From: Vicugna vicugna
Lineage: Eukaryota
Assembly: GCA_013265495.1 (NCBI GenBank)
Contig: MU061579.1
Coordinates: 2,353,319-2,417,318, forward strand
DNA: 64,000 bases
Direction: 5' to 3'
The notes beneath the pieces are model-generated. The model had not been told where the DNA came from, made no database searches, and saw nothing but the letters and a program-made list of their open reading frames with translations. The position numbers and the translations under genes were made by a program. Below are positions 10,508-23,460 of the stretch, piece after piece. The first letter of the stretch is position 1. The number at the start of each line of letters is the position of its first letter.

Positions 10508-13500
10508 CATTCTCTCATCTTTTTGTTTCTGCCGCTTTCCCAGATATGGCAGTGGCTGCCGCCGAGCTGCACTGTTGTGTGATCTCCAGCTGTGGCCCCT
10601 CCCTGCCTGCTTCGTTCCCTATGCGTTTTCATCTTTAAGAAAAGGTGTATATGGAGCTCACATTTTGCAAATAACAGACACTTTATAGTCTTATAAGTTT
10701 CAGGCTGAAAATGCAACTGAAATAATTTGAAGAATGAGTACAAAAGAAATATGTTATCAGTACAGCTATGAAAATAAAAATGGTTATTGGAACAAAGAGG
10801 GAAAAAAAAAAAAGACAACCCACCACCAGATTGTTTCAGGTCAAATCATCAGTAGTATCCAGACTGAGAAACCTTGGAATAAAGAACATTCCAGGTAAAT
10901 ACTCACAAAAGCCAAATTTTGAGACTTTTGGGAAATCCCAATTGGTCTCAGTTGTCTGAGGTGTAGATTGTGTGAAGGACTATAAGGAAAGTGAAGGCTG
11001 GAGAGATAGTTTAGGACAAATTTCAAAGCCAATTTAAAGCATTTCAGTTTCTTAAGGGGCCTTCCTGATACCACCTAATAAAAATGTTTCACATCTGATA
11101 TAATAGAATGTGAAAATATCTTTCATTAATTTAAACAATATTATTTTAAGTATTCAGTAGACTTCGTTCTTTTCAAATATGTCTCCCTTTCCTAGTGTAA
11201 GGAATTAACAGGGTATTCACTTAGAACCATAGTCAAGTAGTTCCTTGAACAAATGTTCTCATTATGTGCCATTTTCCTTCAGACTTATTTACAAAGAATA
11301 AGGGATCGTTTCCTCAGATAAGTGCTAGAATTCTAACTTAAGCCTTTCATGATTCTGGCATGACTTTCGTCCATTAAATATTTAAATATTTTTATGGCCT
11401 TTTCATGATTATTTTAATTACACATAAATAGTGTGTAGTATCTGTGCAGGGTTAAATAGTTTTGTTGCTCAACCTCAAAAAAATCAAGATAGAATGTATA
11501 GTTGGCTTATTTCATGCTCAATTAACTTTTTAAAAAAGCTTTACTCTAGCTGCTTCAGTAAAATTATTTGTTCAAAGTTACCTGTGCGTGTCAACTTGTG
11601 ATAAACAACCTCTTAAGATCAGAGAAACTTTTTATCAGATGACACACCCTTCTTAAAAGGTTTAGCCTCTAATTATAGAATTATGCATGTGTATGTTATA
11701 CATAACATCATATATCTAGAGAGTTCTCGTAAAGCCCATATTCCCTTACAAAAACTAATGTAACTTTTTTCAACACACGAATATGATAAGGTTTAGGAAA
11801 CAGTATCTGTTCTTTTAGAACATTTGACCTTTACACATAATGTAAATTCAAAATGAATTATTTTGTAACTAAAATTCAGTGTTGAAACAATCCACTTTCC
11901 ATGGGAGGTTAAAAGTTCTGAATTTTGCCATAAAATAATGTTTTACCTTAGAATCTATTTAATGGACAGTAATAAATCACAAATAGATTTTATGTGATGG
12001 CTGTTTCCTGTTGTCAAGACTGTGTCATTTTGGGTATTTATTTACATAGTAGTGTTTATTATTTTCTCTTGTAAGTCCCCTCTCTCGTTGTCCATGGAAA
12101 GTTACTTTGGGGTAAGAAGCGTGGTTAATCTATGCACAGTGTGTTGGTAAGCATTCAGAAAATGTTTATAGATTGAATAATTTTAAAGTAATACGTTTTT
12201 TTCAAAAGACAACTTCCCCACAATACAAAGTATAAACATAAAATGCAAAATAAGAGTACTATTTAAGTTTTATTATCCCATTCTTTGTAATTTGTTTAAC
12301 TTGATACTGTGTGCAGCCAATAGAAATATGTTTCTATGAGACCACTGGCCGCTGGCCTCGCCACTACCTTACAGCGTATACGGCTGAGAGATCTATCAAA
12401 CTACGTGCAGCAACCAAAGAGAGCTGGAAAATATTGTTTGAAATGGTGTCTTTCCCAGCTTAACGGAGAAAAAAAAATACTAAGATTGGGGATTCTTTAC
12501 TCGGATAATAAAAATTATATTTCAGCATATTTTATTAAGAAATAGAAAAATAGTGAGAAGAAATACGGGGTGAGGGAGGCCCAGCAGAGAGGGTTATTTT
12601 TACTGCAGAATTTGCCCCTAGATGCTAACTCCAGTTCCACCACGTGATGCAGCTGGAATTTACATTGGCTTCAAAAACGCAAGTCAAATTATACAAATAG
12701 TTTATATAATTCTTTCATTTAGATATAGTCCTTTATTTACAGTCAATTTAATAATTACAGGAAATAATTTTCACGCATTTTTACAAGTTTTCCGCCCATC
12801 CTTTGTTCCCACATCCTCTTCTTCCTAAAGCTTCCTCCTCCTTTCATACTCAGCCTTCAGTTACATCGTTCCTGTAGCTTTTTATTTCACATTGAAACCT
12901 TTCTAGACTTATCCCACTAAGCGACAGCCCAGCTCAACCCTATCTTGCCTTGATAGTCCTCACCCTGGTCAATTTCTCCCTCCTCACAGTCTGACTTTTA
13001 AATTTGTTATTCTACTGTTCCAATTCGGTTTTCAAGTCTTCCCTCTAGAAGCTTCTTGAATGTTCTTTCTTTTTTGGTAAATGTCAACTTCATAGTTCAA
13101 GGAAATATTTCTTTCCTTTTCATCAGCAGCTCATTTAACATTAAGCTCCATCACCATCCCTTCCTGCTATTCCTTCCCCTTCTTCACACCAAATTCGACC
13201 TGGGCTCCGAAGGCACTACATTAAAGTGTTTCTCTTCATAGAAAATTACCTCCTGTCATTGAATTGAAAAAAAGAAAATAATTATTCATTATTTATAATA
13301 CATTCTAACAATCATCATGATGTAAACAACAATTGTGTGCATTTTTAAAATATTGAGATATTTGATGTTCACATTTCATTGTAAATATTAGCATGAGTGA
13401 TGATGCCAATTTTAAAAACAGTTTTAGAATGAGGACCACTGAAGCCTGTGCCTTTTCAAAAACTCATATGAACATCTGAATTTGGAAATTGCCATTAGCT

Positions 13501-13834
13501 AAGTATCATTTACCTACTGGTGATGCTATTCCAGAACTTTCTTAGAGTTGAAAAATCATTCGTCATTTCCCTGCCCACCGCTTCCACATTCATTCTATAA
13601 TCTTGCCATCTGTTTCACTGAAATGGCAGACCCAGAGGGCAGGGAGCGTATCTTATCTGTGCAATGCTGTCAGTAAGTGTGGATTCTCTGTCAGCATTTA
13701 AAAAATAATAGAACTTCAAATAAGGTTGATTTAAGCCTCCCTAGTCAGCAGTTAGTCTTGGTGACATGAATCACTCTTTCGAATGGTAATTTGCACCTGT
13801 TACCTTCATCCACAGGTTGGAAAATGCTTGCACC

Positions 13835-13960
13835 TTAATTAATTACACCCTTGCGATGTGGGAGATCGTATCCTCCACTCTGAGACAGGGAGACTGGGGC
13901 ATAGAGAATCAACAGCTTTTCAAAGCAGATTTTTGGAGAAGAAAATTAGAATTCAGGTCA
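13835..13960 (-). mobile_element. MIR SINE fragment
   Basis: 'cccttgcgatgtggg...atcctccactctgagacagggagactggggcatagaga' resembles antisense MIR. Confidence 0.45.
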
Positions 13961-14793
13961 CTTTTCAATGAGTGACAGATGAGGTTCTTTAGGAATCTGT
14001 GTCTCTTGTGGCAGGAAGCATGGTGATGGCTTCCCTTCCAGTAAGGGATGTACTTGTCCTTAGCTTATTCTGTAACATGACCTCAGAGAACATCTATGCT
14101 TCTTAATAACATGTTCCCTCTCCGCATCCGCAGTGGCTGATGTCATCCACGGAACCAGAGAGCAGGTGGCATGTAGATTACTTTTAGGTGAGCATGGCAT
14201 CAGACTATAATTCCCCAAATGGTAGTGCCGCCATGTAATTAAGCTCTAAGTGACGAGGACCTGACATCAGATAATCATTTAATAGAGGAAAATTGGAAGC
14301 AGTTTATTATTTTAAAATGTGTCTTCTTTTCAGTTCCTTGAGTATGTGGAAGGATTTTCTTAGCATTCAAATGATCTTAAAATGCTTGTGTGCACTTCTT
14401 TTGGCACATTAAGTAAAATGTTTATGATAGTGATAAACGTTCCTTGGCGTACATCATTCGATGTGCCTAAGAATCCCAAGTGCACTTTCACCTTTGGTTT
14501 TTCACTGTCAGCAAAAATGTTGTCTGGATTCATTTGCTTTTTGTTTTTTGAAGTTGAACAAAACATTAGGATTGCTAAGATAGACACTTTAAAAGGTATT
14601 ATAAATGTCTTTTGCATCAATATGTGCACTGAGTTTTTATTATTTTAATTAATATAATTGCTTACTCAGTATTTTGCTCAGTATTATTTGGTCTTTTTCA
14701 CTGAAGACAGATGCTAAGAAATTCTAGTTTTTTTAAGTACATGCAGCAATAGTAGATTCCATCTCCAAGAAACTCTGAAACCAACATTTTAAC

Positions 14794-14827
<34 letters not shown>

Positions 14828-14830
14828 ATA
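14794..14830. repeat. Compound (TA)n(TG)n microsatellite
   Basis: Direct reading. Confidence 0.95.
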
Positions 14831-15134
14831 TGGTCGACTTTGTTAAATTGCAAAGAAAATTGATTTAGAGACTAAACCATGTAATACTCGTTGTTTCATT
14901 AAAAATATTTTTTCATAATCTATTACATGCAAGACACTCTACTGCACTAGTAATTCTAATTTAGTAAAGCTTTAAAAATTCCACACCTCATTACCACCTT
15001 TACCTCTCTACCCATCCCCTTCATTTTGAATTAACTTTATAAAATCCTTAATTATCTAATTTAATATTCTTCATTGTCCCGGCCCCCTCTCTCTGCCCCA
15101 TCCAATGACCTATTCTCCATCCTTGAAAACTCTT

Positions 15135-15270
15135 ACCTGATCGGACTCTCAGTTTCTTCAACTGTGTATTGGAAATAACAATGTAACCTAGCAGTTGTTT
15201 GAGAATTAAATGAAATAATATTTAGAAATCATTTCACTTAATTATTGGCAAATACTAGTTAAACAGTAAT
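15135..15270 (+). mobile_element. MIR SINE fragment
   Basis: 'ctctcagtttcttcaactgtgtattggaaataacaatg...gttgtttgagaattaaatgaaataat'. Confidence 0.7.
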
Positions 15271-16479
15271 TATTTACTAATCATATTGCCATTATGATTG
15301 TATTCAAGATTCAGCTTAGATATTATAGGCTCTCTGGGAAGGGAGTTCAAACCCCTGGTCCTACGTGCTGTGTTCATGCTTCTATTGCTGTTGTAGGCAA
15401 ATTCTATGCTACTTTTTCTCGTACAATAACTTAGCACCTTGAGAAAATGGGCCATATATTATTCATTTCTGTATTTTCAATAATTGAGACATTCAAGAAT
15501 CTCAAAATGGTGGTCAACTAAATGACTGAAGAAATATTCTGAAATATATACCTGTAGCTGACGTTGATTGTGACTGTTTCACCTTCCCATACTGGATGCA
15601 ATCATCTTTCCTTCCTGTTGCTTCTTTTCTAGAAGAAATGCTGAAGAGTGCACTCTAGGGAGTGTTTAAGCCACTCTCATTTCAACCATCACTTCCCTGC
15701 TATGAGGCCAGCATTTGCAGTGTGGATTGTGTTTTAAATGTTGGAAACGCAGATGAACTATAATATCATGATAGTATGTTGATAGAAGTTGACAGTGGCT
15801 TGATCAGACAACAGGCAGATGACAGGCGACGTGTGTATCCTGGCTGATGATCAGAGTTCATTGACAAAGGAAGATGACAACAAGCTATTTCAGATTCAGG
15901 CAGGCAAGTAAATGGATTCAGTAATGTCTGGCAGCAGATGGTTGGGGCCCAGGCCAGGACTTCTGAGAGCAAGCCTGACCTGCAATTCCAGAAGTATGGT
16001 CAAAGCAGAGATTTAGTGGCAGAGAATAAATTACAAGATATGGAACAGAGGAGTATTCTCAAGGATTTAGCCAAGCTACTTGACCCTGGGGAAAAATTTA
16101 GAGTAAACTGAGGTCTAGTGAGTCAGTCTAGAGCAGGCTTTGATCGACATTTTTCAGTAGCAAAGGAACTTGGCACATACTTTTTTAAAACACTGTTCTA
16201 TATGCTTGGCTTCTGATAGTTTTGTCAAAATGTTATTATAATTATTACTCATTACTCATTATAAGCTTAAAGATTTATTAAAATACACTATTTGAATCAT
16301 AAAGTAAGAGATAAAAGCAACAAATATGATTCCTTCTTTAGTGGTGAAAAATGGTGAAAAGCTTACATATAAGCTAAATAACCACAAAACTAGCTGGAGG
16401 ACTATCTGAGACGGAATAAGAAATTAAAACGTAGAGAAGAAATAGGGTTTATAGATAATTATTTTTCATTATAATTTTA

Positions 16480-16790
16480 ATATATAGGAATATATCCCCT
16501 CAAAACATATTGTTTTATGTTTTCCATTTGTGAGTTACATATAAATGTTACCATACTTTGTATATTCCTCTGTGATTTATGACCAGGAATTTTGTTTGGA
16601 AATTAATCTATGTTGATGTGATTAGTTGCAGCTCGCTGATTTTCAGTTGTATGTAGCATATCGTTAAAGGATTATATGAGAGTTGATTTATCTGTTTTTC
16701 TATTGATAGACATTAGAATTGTTTCCAGTTCTTTGCTATACCTAACAATGATCCTACATACGCACTTTTGCAATATTGTATGGCATATGT
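16480..16790 (-). mobile_element. Old L1M (L1ME/MC-like) fragment
   Basis: 'tttatctgtttttctattgatagacattagaattgtttccagttctttgctat' is an antisense L1 3' region motif. Confidence 0.7.
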
Positions 16791-16827
16791 ATTCTAAAAT
16801 ACAAGCTCCCCTACAAATCTGCCATTA

Positions 16828-17005
16828 AACCTGAGAAAGCTACTTAATTTCTCTGAGTTGAATACTCCTTTTGAGTAATATGGGAATGATTGTAGTAACA
16901 TGCTACATAGAGTGTTTGCAAAGAGAAATTTTTAGATGATACATGCCATGTGCCTAGAACAGCACCTGCCCACAAGAGCAGAACAGATATGAACTATTAT
17001 TATAT
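16828..17005 (+). mobile_element. MIR SINE
   Basis: 'gaaagctacttaatttctctgag...gggaatgattgtagta...catagagtg...gtgcctagaacagcacctgcccaca'. Confidence 0.65.
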
Positions 17006-17821
17006 TACCTCAGATCAGTGAAACCATTTCCACGTGGATCATTGACCTTAAAGATTAGAAGATACTAGCTTTTTTACCCAGTATGATTTGAAACATCAAA
17101 ATCATAGATTCAATTTGGCATTTGTCTATAGTATTTTAGAGTTCACTGTACTTTGGCAAAAGTGTACTTTTGTTAACGTGTAGGAGTAGGAGGACATTCT
17201 GAGTATTCAGCACAATCCCCTCTACCATCAGTTGTGAAATTAGAGCATCTGAAGGCTGAAAGCCAACTAAAGGCTCTTTCCACTCTAGAAGAGGGTGTGT
17301 TTTGAAGTAGGATGGTCTGTTGTCTACAGTTGATGTCTACAGTTTTGGTGTCTCTTTTCTACAGGCCCCAGTTGACCTCCTCATGTTCTCTGTTTCCTGA
17401 CTTTTATTTTTATCTCTAGAACAACATCAAAGCATTCCTTGACTCCATACATTCTTTGTTAGAAGCTCAATGGAAAGGCTTATTTTGTCTAAATGTTTTG
17501 TTGGTTGGTGTGTTTTTATCTGTGTGTGTGTAAACACACTTCATAACTGAAAAACATTCAGCCGCATTTCCTCATAAGCTAAGAGAATAAACTCGACTCA
17601 ACAACCTGATGATTATATCCTCAAAGCAGGATAGGTAAATTTTATTAATGCCAAGCCAACAGAACTACTAGGGGTTGCAGACAAAGTTCATGCTCCCCTA
17701 ACCAAGAGTCTGCACTCAGTTAAAAACCATAGGCTTAGATATAAGCAGAACTTCCAAAGGGGTTCTAGGATTATACAGTGTTGCCTTCTGTATCAGAAGA
17801 GCAAATGGCCTGGACTGAATG

Positions 17822-18110
17822 TTTGTTTTTTTAAATAAATCAGTTTTATTGAGATATAATTTGAATAATTAACATCCAGTGAAATGCACAGATTTTTTCC
17901 AATGTATATTTCAATGAGTTTTGACAAATATATACATGGATAAAACCACCACCCCATCAAAATATAAAATATTTCCATCATCTCAGGAAATATCCTTGTG
18001 CCTCTTTGCAACCTTCTCTCTAGAAACATTCTAGAATTTCATGTAAATGGAAGCATACTGATGCTTTTGTGTTTGGTTATTTTTTGCTCAACAAGTTCTG
18101 TATGACATTC
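17822..18110 (-). mobile_element. Old L1M (L1MC/MD-like) 3' end
   Basis: 'cagttttattgagatataatt...aatgagttttgacaaatatatac...atcaaaatataaaatatttccatcat...ttctagaatttcatgtaaatggaa'. Confidence 0.85.
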
Positions 18111-19429
18111 ATAAGAGGAAAGGATGCTTTTTACAGCAGAGTGTTGACTTAATACTCAGATGCTGGTACTTCACTTTCCTTCACCTCACTTTCTCCCACT
18201 CAGGACACTGTAAAGAGCAAGCTCCTTGTTTAACATGTGGAAATCTGGTCACTGCTAATTACCATGGCTGCAATTTCCAGCTTCACAAGTGAAAATCAAA
18301 TCATGGACTCGTGCGTGCCAGAAGCCATGCACTTCTAGGAAAAAACCCTGGAGGAGCACAGCATAGCCTGCAACTTACAGTCCAGTCAGCCCTGGCACCG
18401 AGCAGTCCCACAAAGACAGGAACTGCCCCCAAGCAGAGCAGCGCTTCAGTTGGCATTGCTTTGCTAGTTACTCACATTTTCATTAGGGCAGAGCAATTTC
18501 CCCTCCGACAAGCTGTTCCCATTTGCTTATGTAGTTTTTTTTTTAGCCCAATCAATATGCTTCTTCCTGCTGAAGAAGATGTAGAAATACCATTCATTGT
18601 TTTGAGCTATTTTTTCAAAAGGTAATTTTGCTTTAAAAAGCAGATTTTAATATTTCAAAGAATAAATAAATGCTATCTGAAGGGCATAAAACAAACCAGG
18701 AATTTTAAAAAGCTTTCTGTACATGGAGCTGAGTAGCTTTTCCTTCCAGAGAGCTGTGTGCAACAGGGGACAAACGGAGCAATGGGAGTAGGAAAGTTAA
18801 TCAAAAAGGTAATCATGTGAATCCAAGCGGCATTCCCTCTGCGACTAGATACTAGTGTTCCTGACTGACAGCGTGCTCGGTGCTCAGCGGGTTAGGATGC
18901 TAAGGTTTCCATCAGCTGAGTGTGCAGCCTGTCTCCGAGATGGGGAGATGCACTCAGTCATTCATATCATTTGGATATATGCAAGTGTTTCAGGCTTGAT
19001 TGCTATTCATATGTTTGTTTGAGTGATTGTTTCTTTCTTTCTCCTTGAGTTTTATTTTTTTTAGGTAAGAACAGAGGGTATCAAGGCCTAACAATGCCTC
19101 CCCTGGTTATCAAATTATTAAAGTAACAGCAAAGAGTCAGATAGTTGAGTCAGATAGATAATCAAACAGATAGTTAAGTCAGATAGACGAGAGTCACAAA
19201 GAACCCTTTCCTATAGAAGCGTCTAATCTTTTGATATTGGCATGTCGCACTGGTGATTATTAATTACAATGACATGGAGAATATTTGAGTTTTTGATGAG
19301 TAGTGTTGAAGTAATTTATCAAAACCATCATAAACATGTACGTATGCATGTGAATATGTATGTGTGTTTCATATTTATGAATAGTTTATGCATATTGTTT
19401 CACACAGAGATTTGTAAATTGACTCTTAG

Positions 19430-20680
19430 ATTAGTTTCTTGGGAGCATGGTGCTAAGCACTGGGGAAAGAGCATGTTTGGATATGGACCTTAAAGATTTT
19501 ACTCTTGGGGGAGAAAACGACACAAAAATAAATATGATGTTCAGTTAAGTGCAATGACTGACGTAAGAAAAATACAGAGACTATTCAGTGACGGCTAGCA
19601 GGAAGAAAAAAGATTGTTTTCAGCAGAGTAACGCACATAAAGAACTTAGTGCAAAATATCTGGCTTAAAGTGGTGTGAGTTCCGTGTATTGTCTTTATGG
19701 CAGGGGATTAAACAGACGTTCACAGAGTAAGTGGCATTGACCTCCAAGGGGAAAAAAAAGATAGATTTGAATATATGAACATTGAGAAAAGGCTTTCCAA
19801 TAGGCAGGAATGGCTTGGAAAGGTGGACAAGGGTGGAAAAAAACCCACTAAACTTGTGTCAACTAGTATTATTGAATAGTAGTATTGAATGATCACAGGG
19901 CACATAAAATACTGGAAAAGTAAAATGGGGCCAGATAATCCAAGGTCTTGTACAGCAGCTTAAGACAACTAGACTTTAACTTACATGCAGTGGTGGGTTA
20001 ATGTACAATTTTCAGCTTTAGAAAGACTAATCTGACAGCTATAGACAGAACAAAGTGGAATGAGGGAAGACAGGAGGAGAAAGGCTATTTAGAATGCTAT
20101 TACAATATTTCCATTAGAAAAGCACAAAAAGTATGAATCAGGGTGGCAGTATCAGAATTTAAGAGAAAATTACATATAAGAAAGATAATAAAGAAGTAAA
20201 ATATGCAAAATGTGAAAGCTAACTTGATGAGAAGACAAATTAAAAGGAAGTTTCCAAGAAAATTCTTGGAGATTCAATGACCATTAAAACATTCACAGAA
20301 CAGAAAATAGAGAAATGATTTATGGAGATACACGATGTATTTAATTTTTGGCACAATATTTGAAGTACTTAAAATATTTTAAACATAGGTGGACGACCAG
20401 GAAAATGGGGAGAAGGTGGGAGATAAAGAATTAGGATCTAAGACAGAGATAAATTTAGAAATATAGATACACAGACCATGCCTATGGAAGTGATGTTTTA
20501 AAGCCATGGTGTTGCTGAATCAATTATTATAGAGAGGAATAGAAAAATACTATGGAGAACAGTTAAGCTCTAGGTGTGTGTGTGTGGGGGGGGGTGGAGG
20601 TTAAGGTCTGACACAACAGAAACACTCAGAGAAGGAAAATCAAAAAAGTGTGATGTCACGAAGGCCAAGGAGTTTTCGCC
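19430..20680 (-). mobile_element. L2 LINE fragments, highly degenerate
   Basis: Purine-rich antisense L2 motifs such as 'ggggccagataatccaaggtcttg', 'tttagaaagactaatctgacagct' and 'gtgatgtcacgaaggccaagg'. Confidence 0.55.
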
Positions 20681-23349
20681 TGTCTTGGTGTTTTCAGAAG
20701 ATTAAGAGGCCTGCCCAAGCTACCAAGTTTATAAATTAGACCCTTGTACACCTTCAAGGGAACAGCCCTGGCAGGGTAAAGGCACAGGTCACAGCGTCAG
20801 GAGCTTGCGATCGAATGGGAGACGAGAAGATGGAGATTGTTGGCTGTAGTGTATGCTACTCTAAGGATGTCTGATCATAAGAGAAAGGACAGAAGATGGC
20901 AGCTTCAAATGGAATTCATGTCTGGAAACAGCACTCTTTATAATAGACAATTTCTGTCTATTTAAATAAATAAACAAATAAATAAGTAAATAAATAATAG
21001 CGGTGCCTGCCATTAAGACAAAATAATGAGAAGCTATATAGAAAATAACAGATTCCGCATTTGAGGGGCAGGAGTGGCAAGAAATTAGCAGGTTGTACAG
21101 AAGGCTGAGTGTTCTCAGCATTAGCAAAGTGGATTCTAGAATTTTTGTTCAAGTCAGTGCAGAGAAAAGCCAGAGGGTATAACGCTACTGGGACACATTT
21201 TAAAACTATACCTTTTTTTTACATCAGTATGTTATTAACTTCACATCCCACTTCTATACAGACAGTGATCTGTGACAAAAAATATATTATGCCTTTTTCT
21301 TTCTTCTCATTTTCTTTCTTAATTTAATTATCAACACATAAAACAGCCTAACAAGACACTTTGTATATTTTATTGCTATTTCTATGTTTCTTCATTCTAG
21401 GGGCCCAAAGACTCTAAATCTTGTGTATTTTATGTAAATTTTTAAAAGATAATAATCATTTATTATATCCAGGATAATAAATTACTACCATACCTGTAAG
21501 CTACCGAGTAATTAATTACTAATTACGGAGGGTGAATCGACAAAAACACATTAGTGTTCTTAGTAAAATAAGTTGATGTTTTAACAAACAATTATAAAAG
21601 AATCTCTAAATTAATTGATTATTTTCAATAAGCTTAGAGTTGTTTCTTTGGAAAATAAATATAATTATGAGACTTATTGTAGCTTTTTTCACTTTTGTTT
21701 GGTTTTGGTTTTGGTTTTAAGGTTAGTTGCTTTTACATATTTGTCCCTTTTCTGGAGCTGAAACACAACTGAACAGACGAAAAGCAGTGGGTTCCTGGTC
21801 CCTCACATCTTTGCCTCAGGTTGAACATCCACTTACCAATGTTTGGGGAGTCACCTGTAAGCATATTGTTTTTGCTTTTACCTCTTACTTGTCTATTCTA
21901 TGGCCTAAAAGGAATCTAAATAACCAGGTAGATTTTTCAGGAAGTAATCAGCCTATAAATGAATGATTTGTAATTTCCAAGCAGTTTTTGAATTTGTTCT
22001 CACACAGGGTGACACATAGGAATTACTGTGACTTTAAGAAAGAATATCCATTTGAGCTTTTGCCTCTCTTCATCCTTTCTTAATTTTTTATTAAGATGAT
22101 TTCCAAATGGAATCTCTGAATCTCTTTCTTTTTGTTAAAACTTAGCCTGCTTTTCATTTAAAAAAATTTTTGGTCTTTTTTTTTTTGTAGGTTTTCTTTA
22201 GGTTACGACAAAGCTGTTTCATAGGTATTTGTATTTTGATTGCAAACCTTTTATGATGTTAGACTTAAGGAAAAACTCTATGTTGCAAGTATGTCTGTGT
22301 GTCTGTGTGTATTCAGGGGACAACATAAAGAGCCAGGAGGCACTCTCACTCCTAGGAGCATAAAGGTTCTAGACCAAAGAACGAGATCAAGAGTGACACA
22401 AAACATGCTGACAGGCTATTATATTCTCTCTGTTAGAAGTCCTGGCATTCTAAGCAAATGATAGGCTCATGTAAATGATGGTAATATGTTTAGAATCTTT
22501 TGTGGAGTGCAATTCCAGATTTGCTGTAGGTTGGTATGGATATTTGCTATTAAAACATTTTTGGTTCAAACCCTCAGTACCAAGCCATATAATACTCTCT
22601 ATATGTTCCATTATTGCAACACATCCTTCCTATGGTTATGGAAAACCTAATATAAAAGTCCTGTATCCTTGCATTAAATTTTACAGTATTATAAGGCTGC
22701 CTTTAGAGGAAAAGTTGGAAGAATCAATGTGAATAGTTATTCATTTTATTTTCTTATAATTGTAAAAATAAAAGGCGGGGATTCTAGATTAGAGGGAAAA
22801 ACATCAATTTACCTGCAGAATTCTTGGATAGGTAGTTGGTGTCAAATTTCAATAGCGTCCTCAAGAGGGCACTGTCACCTGTTTTACAGAGCTTATAATT
22901 TGTACCTTTTATTGATAAGAACCCTTGCAATACTTGAAGAGTGTTTTTAATCTATTTTTATCTGAAATGCTGTCTATAGCAACCCCCACCTGTCCAGGGT
23001 TACATAGCAGGGGTTAACTTATATACCAGCAAGCTTGCAACTTTTGACTGGTTTTACACCAGGAACATTTCCTAGATTGTTCCACCGACCGAGATAGCTG
23101 CGACTATGTACATCCTAGCTGTCAATTCATCAAAAATGTATTTTCAAGCACCGCTTTATGCTTGCTATTTGTACAATTGATATTGTAGACAGCTAAGTTT
23201 TGGCTATGAGATGTGAGGCTTAAGCCTGCTTAATAAAGTGCTTTGGAACATCTCCACTTAACATTGATTCTTTCCACTTTTTAAAATTAAGATATAGCTT
23301 ACAAGTGATTTTACTTTCTATAATATATATATATACACACACCATGCTT

Positions 23350-23460
23350 GATTCTGGAGTCAGACTTCTTGGGTTTAAACAGCACCTCTACTGTTAAGAG
23401 AAAGTGCATATGCCAAATGACTTCTCCTCTTGGGTTGTTATGAGGCTTACATGATATCTA
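23350..23460 (+). mobile_element. MIR fragment
   Basis: 'tctggagtcagacttcttgggtttaaa...gggttgttatgaggcttacatgata'. Confidence 0.55.

Noticed and set aside
10393..10818. 141-aa minus-strand ORF
   Set aside because: Only its C-terminal ~35 aa are meaningful, and they are the end of L1 ORF2 in a truncated insertion; the rest is chance read-through.
17321..17345. Short direct repeat tgtctacagtt x2
   Set aside because: Trivial slippage micro-duplication with no further structure.
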